Source of the DNA: Octopus sinensis | Taxonomy: Eukaryota | Assembly (NCBI RefSeq): GCF_006345805.1 | Contig: NC_043003.1 | Span: 80,972,001 to 81,036,000, forward strand | Length of the DNA stretch: 64,000 nt | Reading direction: 5' to 3' | In this document: positions 13,728 to 24,529 of the stretch, one piece after another | Layout: each line of letters begins with the position of its first letter | Numbering within the stretch: position 1 is the first letter of the stretch | Made by a program: the position numbers and the translations under genes | The notes under the pieces: generated by a model | Told to the model about the DNA's origin: nothing | What the model saw: only the letters and a program-made list of their open reading frames with translations | Database searches by the model: none

Positions 13728-13773
13728 TAGTTTAACAAGAAGGACATTTTAAATGTCCTTCTTGTTAAACTAT
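13727..13773. repeat. Perfect palindrome, 23-bp arms with 1-nt centre
   Basis: ATAGTTTAACAAGAAGGACATTT-T-AAATGTCCTTCTTGTTAAACTAT. Confidence 0.97.
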
Positions 13774-15164
13774 AGTAGGGGTTAACAAGGGTAGGGTTGC
13801 GATTTATTTTTGAGGACAAAGCCAGCATAAATATAAACTTCCAATTCAGGGATGCTACAAGATAGACTGAACAACGTAAACTTCTAACTATTCATCATTT
13901 GTATTTCATCCGCCATTCTTGTCTTCGTGTTTGCCTATTTTTGTTCCAGTTTACTCTTTTGCATATCTGCTATTGTATACCTATTTGAGTTTGTCATTGC
14001 TTACCAGCTTTATATGGACATTTCACTAGATTAAAAGAAACAAATATACATCCCTCCAACAATCCAAAATATTTGGCCCTCTGCCTATTTTATAAATTAT
14101 AATCATTATTCTCATTATGATATGAATGATTCTTCTAAAGATTTTTTTCCTTACGTCTCTCATACTTTCTTACATCTTTGATGACATTCATACAATTATT
14201 TCACGTTAAGAGATAGTCAGAGACAATAATCTATTGGCAGTTATTGAACTTGCTATTATTATTTTCGGAACGTGCCTATGTCTATACTTACTGCGTAGCA
14301 TTCTAGTTGTAGTAATTAAAGATTGAATAATGAATTCATTTCAACTATACCATAATGTTCTCATTTCAATAGCTATGTCAATGTAATTCATTAGCTTATC
14401 TGGCTACTTCGTCACGGTATTTATACTTATTTGTTATTGCAGTGTCAATGATTACCATATTGTCATTTTGTCATGGAAAAAGATGCCAAGCGAGTTGCAT
14501 GCCAGCGGGTGAGCCATCTCTATACTTAAGTTTCATAAGATCTATCATTGTCATGGTACATGTCTGGTGGAGATCTATAAGCATGTGATGTAATTGTTTC
14601 TTTGAGAAGACGGAACTGAGTGACCTTCTGTACGTACAACATTCTTAGTCTATTGCCATATTTTTCAGTATAATTTATGTGATTTTCCCGATGAAAATCT
14701 TGATGCAATAGAAATGTTCAATGTAAATTTTAATGTATTTGGAACAAGTGTTTAAGTTATTTTATATTACAACTAAAACACATAAAAACAAAGAAAGAGA
14801 AGAAAAGTGGAAAAACATTGTCGAAGAAAATTCTAATATAAACCAAAACATAATACAGTTATCAATTTGTGTTGCAAGATTCCTGTGAAATCGTGTGTTG
14901 AAACCGATATTGTTGTACTTCGGGATGAACGTTTTCTTTCTCACAATGCAGCAAGTGGAGCAAGTACACGCGAAATTGAAAAGTGTCACTGAAGAAGTCA
15001 CAGATGTGAGGTGAAAGATTTCCGGGCTATGAACGTGAGTTAAAATAATAAAATAACAACAGTAATGAACAAGTGAAGGAAAAATATATAGTGCATGTGA
15101 TTTGAAAAAAAATGACCACTCCTACAGGCGTAGGAGTGGCTGTGTGGTAAGTAGCTTGCTTACC

Positions 15165-17216
15165 CAAAATACAACACTAGTTGGTCTGGACTGTTACAGT
15201 GAGAAGATGCGAGTTTCGGCTCCGCGAACAGAAAAAAGAACAAAAAGAAAAATTGTCAGTTATGGCTCGCTATAACGAGCAAAATACTGGGTTTTCAGCA
15301 CCGTAACTGTTAATTGAGAATTTTTTTGAAAATTCTTCTTGTGAATTCTAGTGGGCGTATCTCGCCAAAAAAAAAAAGAAGCCATTTGGATTACCTTTTT
15401 GGATTACCTTTTTGGAGTATTATACAAAGGATTCCCTGTCTGTACTATTTGTGAGATTTTTCTTTTACTTTTCCCTTCTATTATTTCTTTCTTTCTAAAA
15501 ATTTTTGGTTCATTATTTTCATTATTTTAATTTCAGTTTCCTCCCCTCCCCTTTATTTTGTTTTTATTTTTATTCTGTTTAATTTTTGGCAGACTGTCTT
15601 TTGAACTACGTTTGAACTGTTTTTTGACATGGCAGAGAAGGAACTTAAAAAGAAAAACTCTGTCTTAGAGTGGGAAATTAACCCGCTTAAGCAATGGTTA
15701 AAAGATATGGAAGAGAAGACGATGGTACTTAGAACATATTCTAAAGTTCTTAATTCCATCACTGTCTTCCCAAAAAGTCATAAAAATGAACTTAAAGAAC
15801 ATTTGCCCTTTCTAAATTATATATCCCGTGGTGTCAAACATGCAACCGTATGGTTGCAGTTTGACAACTGGGAAAAGGCTCGCCAGTTTGCGAGTCAGCC
15901 TTTAGAAGGCAAGAAAATCCTGTTTCTCCCGTCATATTGTGGAAGAAAATTAATACGAGCCTGGATATGTGGGCTCCCCCCGGGCACCGAAGCGGATTGG
16001 ATTGAAGATACCATCCGACGGGGACTGAGAGTTGGCGGGCCCAAACTCTTAAATGTAAGAGTATTGCCGGCGGTCGATTGGGATGGGTCAAAAGCGATTT
16101 TGACCCTGTGGACCCCATCAGCCGCAACAGAACTGGTTTTTCCAGATTTCTTGAAAATGGCTGACTGCAGGTATCCGGTGATACTTGAGGGACGTCCCCC
16201 AAAGTGTCACTCGTGCCTGCAGCCAGGCCACATTAAAAGGAACTTCCCCCAGGACCATGGTAAGGTCCTGGAACAGTCACCAAATGCCACCTCCCCTACC
16301 CGGTCAAAGGGAGACGTGGATGTGGTCGAGGAGGCTTCAGCCTCCACAACTCAAAAAGGATTAAAAAGGAAGAAGACGGGCAACAATAGTTGCCCGCCGA
16401 AGGAACCTAAGGCTTCGGGAGACGGGGGAGAGTCTCCGGACAAAGCGAAAGGGCTCCACTCTCCCGAAGCTAGGAAGAAAAGAAAAAAAAGAAAGAAGAA
16501 CCGGTCATCTCAGCAGGGAGATGATGTGCCGACTGCATGTCCCGAAGTTGTGCGACCCGCGGTGGAAGAAACCACCCCCACCCTTAAAGATGATCAATTA
16601 ATTATCTTTTTCTACAAGGGCCGGGAGGTGGAAAAATAGTAGAAGAACTTAAAGAAACAGTAGATATGCCCTTCACACGGGATCCCGAATGGCCTCCGCA
16701 GATAGCTGTGGAGGTCATAAGGTTTCCCTTGTAGGAAAGGCTTAAAGGATTTGGGGAGGAGTATCGCATATGGCCGGGTGGCCCTTACACGACTTACATG
16801 TCCTACATGAGTGAGGCATGGGAAATGGCGGGATACAGGAACTCAAGCGGCATTGAAGATAATGATGAATATATCGATGGATATATCGAAGAGTAGGCGG
16901 TGAAAGATCCTCGTTACAGAGTTTGAAACCTCACCTTATTGGACTATTTTGTAGTGGTTTATAACCTCAATTTTGTGTTTTAAGAAAGAAAAAAGAAAAT
17001 ATGTGAAGTAAGAGGTTTTAGTTTCTCCTCCTTGTAAAAGGTTCGAACCCTTATATTAATTTTAAAAAAAAAGAAAATATGCTTTCGAGAAAAATTCCAA
17101 TCGGCGGGTGTTGGGTTTCGTCTCTCATTTATTCATTACAATTTATTTTCATTCATTAATGTGTTTGTCCAGCCCGCAAAGCTCTTTGTACTGTCTATAT
17201 GAAAATTTATGAAATA
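15165..17216 (+). mobile_element. ORF1-only non-LTR retroelement (HAL1-like, L1/Tx1-related), ~2.05 kb
   Basis: Bounded by a 16-bp TSD (AAGTAGCTTGCTTACC 15149-15164 / AAGTAGCTTCCTTACG 17217-17232). ~460-bp 5' UTR with short tandem repeats, a single ORF1, ~320-bp 3' UTR ending in AATAAA, and no ORF2. Confidence 0.8.
15629..16639 (+). CDS. L1/Tx1-type ORF1 protein (RRM-like region + gag-like zinc knuckle), probably disrupted
   Basis: 336-aa ORF with VILEGRPPKCHSCLQPGHIKRNFP (CCHC knuckle, last Cys replaced by Phe, 16205-16246) and basic RKKRKKRKK tract. A coding-like frame continues after a frameshift and one stop to ~16896. Confidence 0.75.
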   Translation: MAEKELKKKNSVLEWEINPLKQWLKDMEEKTMVLRTYSKVLNSITVFPKSHKNELKEHLPFLNYISRGVKHATVWLQFDNWEKARQFASQPLEGKKILFLPSYCGRKLIRAWICGLPPGTEADWIEDTIRRGLRVGGPKLLNVRVLPAVDWDGSKAILTLWTPSAATELVFPDFLKMADCRYPVILEGRPPKCHSCLQPGHIKRNFPQDHGKVLEQSPNATSPTRSKGDVDVVEEASASTTQKGLKRKKTGNNSCPPKEPKASGDGGESPDKAKGLHSPEARKKRKKRKKNRSSQQGDDVPTACPEVVRPAVEETTPTLKDDQLIIFFYKGREVEK

Positions 17217-17559
17217 AAGTAGCTTCCTTACGAACCACATGGTTCCAGGTTCAGACCCACTGCGTGGAACCTTGGGCAAATATCTTCTACTCTAACCTCG
17301 GGCCGACCAAAGCCTTTTGAGTAGATTTGGTTGATATATATGTGTGTATGTGTGTGTGTGTATGTTTGTGTGTCTGTGTTTGTCCCCCCGCCACATCGCT
17401 TGACAACCGATGCTGGTGTGTTTACGTCCCCGCAACTTAGCGGTTCAGCAAAAGAGAATGATAGAAAAAGTACTAGGCTTACAAAGAATAAGTCCTGGGG
17501 TCTATTTGCTTGACTAAAAGGCGGTACTCCGGCATGGCCACAGAGAAAGAGAGAGAGAT

Positions 17560-17800
17560 AGCATTCAAGATAGTAGAGATGGAACACTTTCAAATAGTCC
17601 TAATTGTTAAGGCCTGTAACCAAAGATATTTTACTGGTGAGCGTACTTTGTAACACTTCTATTTGTTCTATGAGACCAAAGCTGTGAGATGTTATCAGAA
17701 ATCTGCTTTAAAAGAAATGGTGGGCTAAATGATTTTTAAAAGTCGAATGTTTGATCTGACCATTCTCTTCGGGCATATGATGCTAAAAATTGTATTACGA

Positions 17801-17858
<58 letters not shown>

Positions 17859-18300
17859 CGTCGTAATAGACTTTAGGCACTATTTCTTTGAAAGCTTAAA
17901 ACTTGTAAATCTATTAAATCTGATGAGAAAAATATGGAATAATGCTATGGTTGGAGTTAGCTCGCCCATAGCAACCTATATCTTTTCGAAACGGCCATAT
18001 GACTTTATACATAGATTTTATACATGTTTCAGATACCTTATAAATCATTTTACATTTGCTTTATCCTCCTCTTCATTGATTTAATTTCGAACATTCAGTC
18101 TTCGCAAGTACATTTATGGATTTATATTTTTATTTATTTATAGTTATGAATTTTCATGAGTTTATAAATTTTATATGTCTATGAATTTTTATATATTTAT
18201 AAATTTTCGTCTATATGTATGTATTTGTAAATTCTTAGAATGTTTTATATATCATGTAGATGAATGCATCTATGTATGTATTTTGTACACCATGGAGAAT
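17560..18300 (+). mobile_element. Penelope-like element 3' remnant (GIY-YIG C-terminus + pLTR)
   Basis: IVKACNQRYFTGERT-CN resembles the PLE GIY-YIG tail (IxxxxxxYxxGxxxCNLC); followed by a hammerhead motif and an AT-rich 3' region. Confidence 0.5.
17917..18003 (+). ncRNA. Degenerate type I hammerhead ribozyme
   Basis: CTGATGA (17920-26), long stem II GAAAA-ATAT-GG..GCTATGG/CCATAGC..CC-TATAT-CTTTTC, then GAAA-CGGCCA-TA. The palindromic stem III has one mismatch and stem I is damaged. Confidence 0.6.
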
Positions 18301-18441
18301 TTCGTTATATGGATTGAATGAATATATGCATCGACCTTCGAATTTGTATTCTCTCCTCCTTAATTTTATATTCACGGAGCCCTATCAGAGCGATAATTGG
18401 TGGAGATGTGTACAGTGAATATCTATATCACTTATTTCTTC

Positions 18442-18516
<75 letters not shown>

Positions 18517-18539
18517 TGTGCCTGTGCTTATATATATAT

Positions 18540-18856
18540 TTACTATAGCTTCAGGCCGATCAAATCGTTGTAGGTGGATTTCGCACACGGAAGCAGAAAG
18601 ATGACTGTCGTATATATATTTGTATATATGTATGTGTGTGTGTCAGTGTGTGTGTGTCAGTGTGTGTACCTCTACCGTCGCTTACCAGCCGATGTTGCTG
18701 TGTTTACGTCCCTGTAACTTAGCAGTTTGGCAAAACGAACCGACAGAGTAATTACTAGACTTACAAAGAATAAATCCTGGGATCGTTTTGTTCGACCAAA
18801 GACGGTGCTCCAAGCATTGCGTCAGTCTCATGACTGAAACAAATAAAGCAATAAAA
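18540..18856 (+). mobile_element. SINE family A, 5'-truncated
   Basis: Colinear with family A body and tail (GTGTTTACGTCCCTGTAACTTAGC...ACTTACAAAGAATAA...GACTGAAAC). Confidence 0.85.
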
Positions 18857-18911
18857 ACTACACCATTTTAATCCCGAGCAACACCTGATATATCTGCTAG
18901 TAATAATCATA

Positions 18912-19094
18912 ATGGTTTCAAATTTTCACACAAGACCAGCAGTTTTGAGGTGGGGATATGTCGATTACATCGACCCCAGTGCTCCACTGGTAGTTATTTT
19001 ATGTACCCCGAAATGATGAATGGCAAAGATGACCTCGGCGCAATTTGAACCAAGTTCTTCTGCGACGTGCAACTGATTCTACCAGCTCGCCGCC
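18912..19094 (-). mobile_element. SINE family B fragment
   Basis: Reverse complement of GGCGGCGAGCTGG...GAGGTC..CTTTGCC.TTCATC.TTTCGGGGT, as in 51427-51630. Confidence 0.8.
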
Positions 19095-19119
19095 CTGACG
19101 ACAACAACAACAATAATAA

Positions 19120-19540
19120 TAGTACAAGCATAGACACGACAAGTACTCCAAAACCTTCACTGGCTACTATGCTATAAGTATAGATATAAGATTACCAGTG
19201 CCTGGTGCCAACATACTCCAGAAAAGGTAATACACGAAAAGAGGCAGGCAAAAATCCTCTGGGGCTTTGAGTTCCAGACAATCAAAGTATTGGAGTATAG
19301 AAGTCCGTATATAGTAACTTTTAGGAAGAACAAGCTAGAGTGCCTAATAATTGATGTGGATCAGCATATCAAGGTGACAGAAATTGAAAAGTTTGATAAA
19401 TATGGAGACCGAAGAACTGAGATCGCGAAGATTTGGCAGCTACGAGAGTCGTACATAAAGGTTATCCCTATTGTCATCGCAGAATTAGGTTCAATACCAC
19501 CTAATCTGAAAAAAAAACATCTGAAAACTTTAGAGATACC
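19120..19540 (+). mobile_element. R4/Dong-clade LINE fragment, restriction-like endonuclease domain
   Basis: WCQHTPEKV...AKILWGF...RSPYIV...CLIIDV...EKFDKY...VIPIVIAELGSIP matches the RLE consensus ILWDF..RRPDIV..IIDVA..EKxxKY..VIPIVIGALG. Confidence 0.85.
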
Positions 19541-19764
19541 CTATATATTTTTATATACCTTATATTTATTTATAGTTATGCATTTTCATGAGTTTATAAA
19601 TTTTATATGTCTATGAATTTTTATATTTATATATTGCGTAAAGTACTGTCTGTCTGCGGTACTTTTGACAAACAGTACAAACCCTAAGTAGACACAATAT
19701 AGTCAATCAACAACCTCACGATAATATATACTGTGTGACGTCTATAATAATAATAATAATAATT

Positions 19765-20137
19765 CTGTTAAATTTTGGCCTAAGGCCAGTAATTTTCAGG
19801 GGAAGTCGCTTACATCGACCCCAGTGCTCAGCTGGCTTTATGGCATCCACTACGAAAAGATGAAAGACAAAGTTAATCGGGTTAGAATTTGAACTCAGAA
19901 CGTAAGGGTCGAAAACAATGACGCTAAGCATTTTTGTACGATGTATAAACAAGTGTGCCAGCGAGCCGCCTTGACAAAAACGACAGCAAAATCAATAATC
20001 ATTTCTACTACAAACACAAGAGCTTAAATTTGTGGGGAGGGCAATTGTCGATTACATTGACACTAATGCTCAGCTGGTACTTATTTTATCGTCCCGAAAT
20101 GACGAAAGGCAAACGTACACCTCATGGAATTAGAATT
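19765..20137 (-). mobile_element. Two adjacent SINE family B fragments (19765-19972, 19999-20137)
   Basis: Both match the family B reverse complement (CGACCCCAGTGCTCAGCTGG, ATGAAAGRCAAA, GCCAGCGAGCCGCCT). Confidence 0.8.
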
Positions 20138-20149
20138 TTGTAGAGTTGT

Positions 20150-21420
20150 TCACAAATTGATCACTACTACTGAAAATATGATGGGGAAGCAGCTGCCCTT
20201 TTGAAAGCTTCTTATAACATATGCATTTGCTAATCTTGTCCCTTTACTTCTTAACTACACATTTCCAGTATTCTTACAGATATCTAAATTTTTCCTTTTC
20301 TTTCAGAATTCTAGAAACCGCGTGATCCGCGACTACAGAACTAGGGCACATGGGATTAAATTTATACACACGATGCACGAATTTGCCCTTCATCATTAGT
20401 AACGCAACCAATTAACGAACATTTCATAGTTCTATAATTGATTTTTGCTTCCCTTCGTTCTTTTTCGATAGCCGTTCTGTTTACAGGAAATTAAACGGTT
20501 CCGGTATAGATTTTGGCATGTCTTTTCTGCAAATAGCCCTGTTATGAATTTCCACATATTTTCTAAACATGTAATTGGGCGGTACATCGTGACAGTGTTC
20601 CATTTCAATTTGTTTTTCAATAGCAGACAGGTTCTTCCTTTAGTTTACAATAGTGATTCATCTCTCTGAAAGTGCCCATGTAGTTGCATAACTGATTTCA
20701 TGCAGATGTGTATATTATCTCATCTCATAGCTATGCATATCTGATCCAAATGCTTTCCACTTTCCAGCTGTTTTCAGCTGCTTTCGAATCTTCCTTCTCG
20801 TCGTGGAAAAAAATATCATTTTGTGCCTCAGCATTTTCAATAAAATCATTTCCCACTTGCTTTATCCAATATATTTTATCATTTTATCTGACATTTTTCT
20901 CCTAAATCCCACCCACCCCACAACCAAACAGCTAGATTTCTTTGGTAGTTTGTTCTGTATTGTTGTTACATTTGTTTTCCTTACGAATCTCAAGTAAACC
21001 TTTGTCATTTGTTTCAGTAAAGTGATTTTGCTTAAAAGGTTATTTCGTTCTTCGTGCCATTTTTGTGGCTTTTTTTTTTCTACTTTCGCTTTTCAATAGC
21101 TGTCATTAATTCCTTTTGTTTATGTGATACGTTTGCTTTAATTTACCTTGCACTTCTTTTTTTCTATTGACTGGTCCAACATACATATAACTTTTCTGAG
21201 GCTACTTAACTGCTTTAAGAATTGTCTTTTCCACCAACGTACTTGCCGATCTTTCTTTTATCCTTTCCTTTTCCTGAACATGCATTTAATTACTTTGTCA
21301 GCTACTAATATGAAATATATCCATTTTTTTTCAGGCAATCTAATAAATTTCACTGTTTCTTTTAATAAACTTTAATTAACCCTGATTCAATGCATTGACC
21401 TGAAATTAATTGACTGTAAG
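20150..21420 (-). mobile_element. R4/Dong-clade LINE RT fragment, degenerate
   Basis: TKGRTCLLLKNK...MYRPITCLENMWKFITGLFAE...QNGYRKRTKGSKNQL matches the R4-type TKGRTxLLxKD...NYRPITCLxxMWKLLTG...QKGCRRxxRGTKDQL. Confidence 0.8.
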
Positions 21421-21949
21421 GTTTTTGCTTACTTTACTCTACTAAAACTAAGAAAAAAGACAAAAAAGATTATGCTTCTGCTTCAGTTTCACAATAATTT
21501 CAAGTAGATTGTCCTCAAAGCTGCCAATATCAAGTTTCCTTTCCATTTATATGCTCGCACTTGCTTCAAGTACAGGAAATGAAGTTCATCGAGAATGAAT
21601 AAACGAAAAGTGAACGACCTCCTCTTCCTGGTAAAAAAAAAAGAATAATAACAATGTTGAAAAGAAAAGAAATATTGTACGAACGTTTAGCAGTAGCATC
21701 GGGATGACATTTGGGTATCAAGAAATATGCTATAATGGAGGGTAAGCAAGGGAAAACTACAAAATGTTGATGTTTAATATAGGAAATTCGTAGATGCAGA
21801 AGGGGCATACAACTGTCTTAAAATACTAAGAAGTACCAAAACATAATAAGTAAATAAATAGAATACAGAAATGAAGGAAGTCTTCAGTAATATATATATG
21901 TGTCGAATTAAGATTTTAAAATCTTACTGTATGTAGCAGCTGGGTTTTG

Positions 21950-23508
21950 AGCCATGAATTCGTGGCTTGGTAGAGTTTAGAATTATTGCATAGAGGACGT
22001 ATAGGCTGAAAGTTAGTTATGAACGGCAAGATGAAAAAGCAGCTCAGAATGCATAGTTACATGCACTCCCAAACAGAAGTGAACCATTTATATTGGAAAA
22101 GAAAAAGAGGAAAATGGTGTAATGAGAACTAGAGAAGTTTTAGATCTGGAGAAACATTCTAAGATTTTTTCTTGAAGAGACAGATGTTCTTTGGAAGATG
22201 GGATAATAAGGGCCCAAATATATGCAATAAAATTCAGCTAAATGTGGTATATGCTATCATAAAGTGACAACGTAGCTTAAATTGCATCGGAATATTCATA
22301 ATTGACTCCAAAGCTCCAAATGGACATAATAATTCACTGGATACTTTGTATGAAATCTGGGTTGTGTGCACAAAAATAACTATGGCCATTTTGTAGTAAC
22401 AGAAGTGAAGGTCTTTGAAAATGGGACTTTCTTACACAAACCCAAATGAAATTAATAGACAAACCGGATTTTGTAGTTATTGATAATAAAACGTTTTCTT
22501 GCAAATAAAGTGTCAGGTTAATTTGATACGAGATTTAAGTGGAAGAAAAAGAGAAAGAAGAATATTTTACTAACTTGAGTACGAAATCCTCAAATGCAAG
22601 AGAAAAAATTCAAAATTAACCTTGTTAAAATGCTGCCACCTATTATTGAGGGTTTTTGCACTGTGACAAGGTATAGTATTTAAGAGTAGACATTGAGCTG
22701 GGAACAGTTAAGTGTAAAAAAGAATCTATTCACTGAGCTGAGAATGAATTATTTGGTAAGTCATGCATTCAAAGTAAGGACAGATATGAACATCATGGGA
22801 GGAGCTTAAAAGAAAAAGCGATAAAAAAAAAGCTATATCATGCTTGATCACGGCTTGTGGTTCGACAGGAAGAGCAATTTAACCGTTACCAAAATCAAGC
22901 AACGCGATACAAGTGGAAATGCGACATACACAAAAACATTTAAGAAATATAATGTAAAACAAAGATTGAACAACTGGATAATGAAATCGATGCATGGGAA
23001 ATACCTTAGGGAAATGGAACGGAAAGACAAGACCAACACTTGGAGGTGGCTAAGGGAAAGCGATCTGAATTGATTTAATAAGGCACTGATATGCAGCGCT
23101 CAGGAACAAGCTCTGAGAACTAATTACACCAAGTTGCAAATAAATAAGAGTGGAGTTGGAGAATGTATGTCAAAGAAAATAAAACACTCTCACATATTGC
23201 TAGTGAGAGTAGTAAAAATGGGTCCACAAGGAATGCAAACAGAGGCATGATAAAGTAACTAAGTATGTTCATTGGAGATTGTACGAAAAGCACGGCCTTC
23301 AAAGGACATTACAATAGTCCGAGTATAAACCAGAATAATGAGTATAAGATCTCGTGGGATTTTATAGTCCAGTGTGATTCAGCGATTGAGAAGTACATGC
23401 CACTAGAAGACGAGTTTGAATGAATGTGTGCAATGAAGAAAGTAACTGACATCCTAGTAGCTGTTGTGGATCTGGGAGCACTAACAACTAGGTTTGAGAA
23501 ATTTGTCG
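21950..23508 (+). mobile_element. Two degenerate R4/Dong-clade LINE C-terminal fragments
   Basis: LRMHSYMHSQTEVNHLY (~LTMHxxLHPKSDVDRLY), KSMHGKYLRE...TWRWLR...ICSAQEQALRTNY, RHDKVTKYVHW and ISWDF. Confidence 0.75.
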
Positions 23509-23580
23509 GAGAGAAGAAGAAGAAGAAGAAGAAGAAGAAGAAGAAGAGGAGGAGGAGGACGAAGAAGAGGAACAAGAAAA
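23507..23580. repeat. (AAG)n/(AGG)n trinucleotide tract
   Basis: Direct reading; lies at the 3' tail of the adjacent minus-strand SINE. Confidence 0.95.
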
Positions 23581-23593
23581 GTTGGGGACATGC

Positions 23594-23929
23594 TGAGACC
23601 CCCTTCGGTCATAACTGACCATGGGATTGGGATTGCACCTAGAGAGTTACCCTCCCAGGCACAAGTACGGGGAAGGTTGTATATGGAAGACCAGCAGTCG
23701 CCCATGCATACCGGCCTCCTCTCTCCACGCCACCAGTGTTATCCAAAGGAAAGACAAAGCCGATACAGCTTGGCACCTGTGACGTCACAAACTCATTTCT
23801 ACAGCTGGGTGAACTGGAGCAACGGGAAATGAAGTGTCTTGATCAAGAACACAACACGCAGCCCGGTCCGGGATTCGAACTCACAGCCTCACGATCGTAA
23901 GCTCGACGCTCTAAGCACTGAGCCATGCG
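23594..23929 (-). mobile_element. tRNA-derived SINE family C, near full-length
   Basis: Minus strand CGCATGGCTCAGTGCTTAGAGCGTCGAGCTTACGATCGTGAGG..GAGTTCGAATCCCGG (pol III A/B boxes), then a conserved central domain TGTGTTCTTGATCAAGACACTT. Confidence 0.88.
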
Positions 23930-24296
23930 TTGGAGACAACCGATTATATTATCACCCAATACCAGTATCTGGTTACACCAAGACGCTAAAAACCATTCCG
24001 CTCTGATTCCACCACAGTCAATAAGTGTCTTCAAATTGGTGTGAACTATATAGCTTCCCACACCCTAAATAGAGTTATGCCTTAGGTCTTAGTCGATTAT
24101 TGGTATGGTTACTATGTATAGTGTTGTATTTGGGGGTTTGTTATATCTAAATTCTCTACCCTTTCATCCAGTGCAGTGTGAGACTATGTCAACCTATCAT
24201 TTGTGCAGCACGTTTTGCCGGACTGACTTGCCTATAGTACACCACAACTTTACGAACGATTAGGTATTTCTGAAGATAAACCGTCAGATTTACTTA

Positions 24297-24450
24297 CGAG
24301 GGCATGCTGAAGAGTTCCTAGCTTCAAGAGTATTGCGAAAGGCCTGGGCTTAGAAAAACAGAAAGACCACTGCAATAAGTATGTGAATCTGGGAGGGGAT
24401 TATGTTGAATAAAATCATAATTAGCTGATCCTCTTGGTATTTCTATTCCC
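24297..24450. mobile_element. Mariner-derived MITE with internal deletion
   Basis: TA|CGAGGGCATGCTGAAGAGTTCCTAGC start; same family as 2783-2975. Confidence 0.75.
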
Positions 24451-24529
24451 ATTAGCCCCTTGTGTGTGCAATGTGTTCGTCGTTGGTCACGGCGATGAGT
24501 ATGAAGTTGTTTTGCTTAACAGCATAATT

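Larger units (their letters stand above)
15125..17543 (+). mobile_element. tRNA-derived SINE (family A) split by an insertion: head 15125-15164, remainder 17217-17543
   Basis: Head CAGGCGTAGGAGTGGCTGTGTGGTAAGTAGCTTGCTTACC resumes after the insert as AACCACATGGTTCCAGGTTCAGACCCACTGCG; colinear with the intact copy at 24530-24958. Confidence 0.92.

Noticed and set aside
14985-15030. CTGAAGA...GAAA hammerhead-like spacing
   Set aside because: Stem I cannot form and stems II/III are weak.
23424-23832. Poly-Lys/Arg ORFs
   Set aside because: An (AAG)n/(AGG)n tract read into the antisense of a SINE.
23880-23929. tRNA-like sequence with A and B boxes
   Set aside because: It is the head of a SINE, continues into the SINE body, and lacks a complete cloverleaf; not a tRNA gene.
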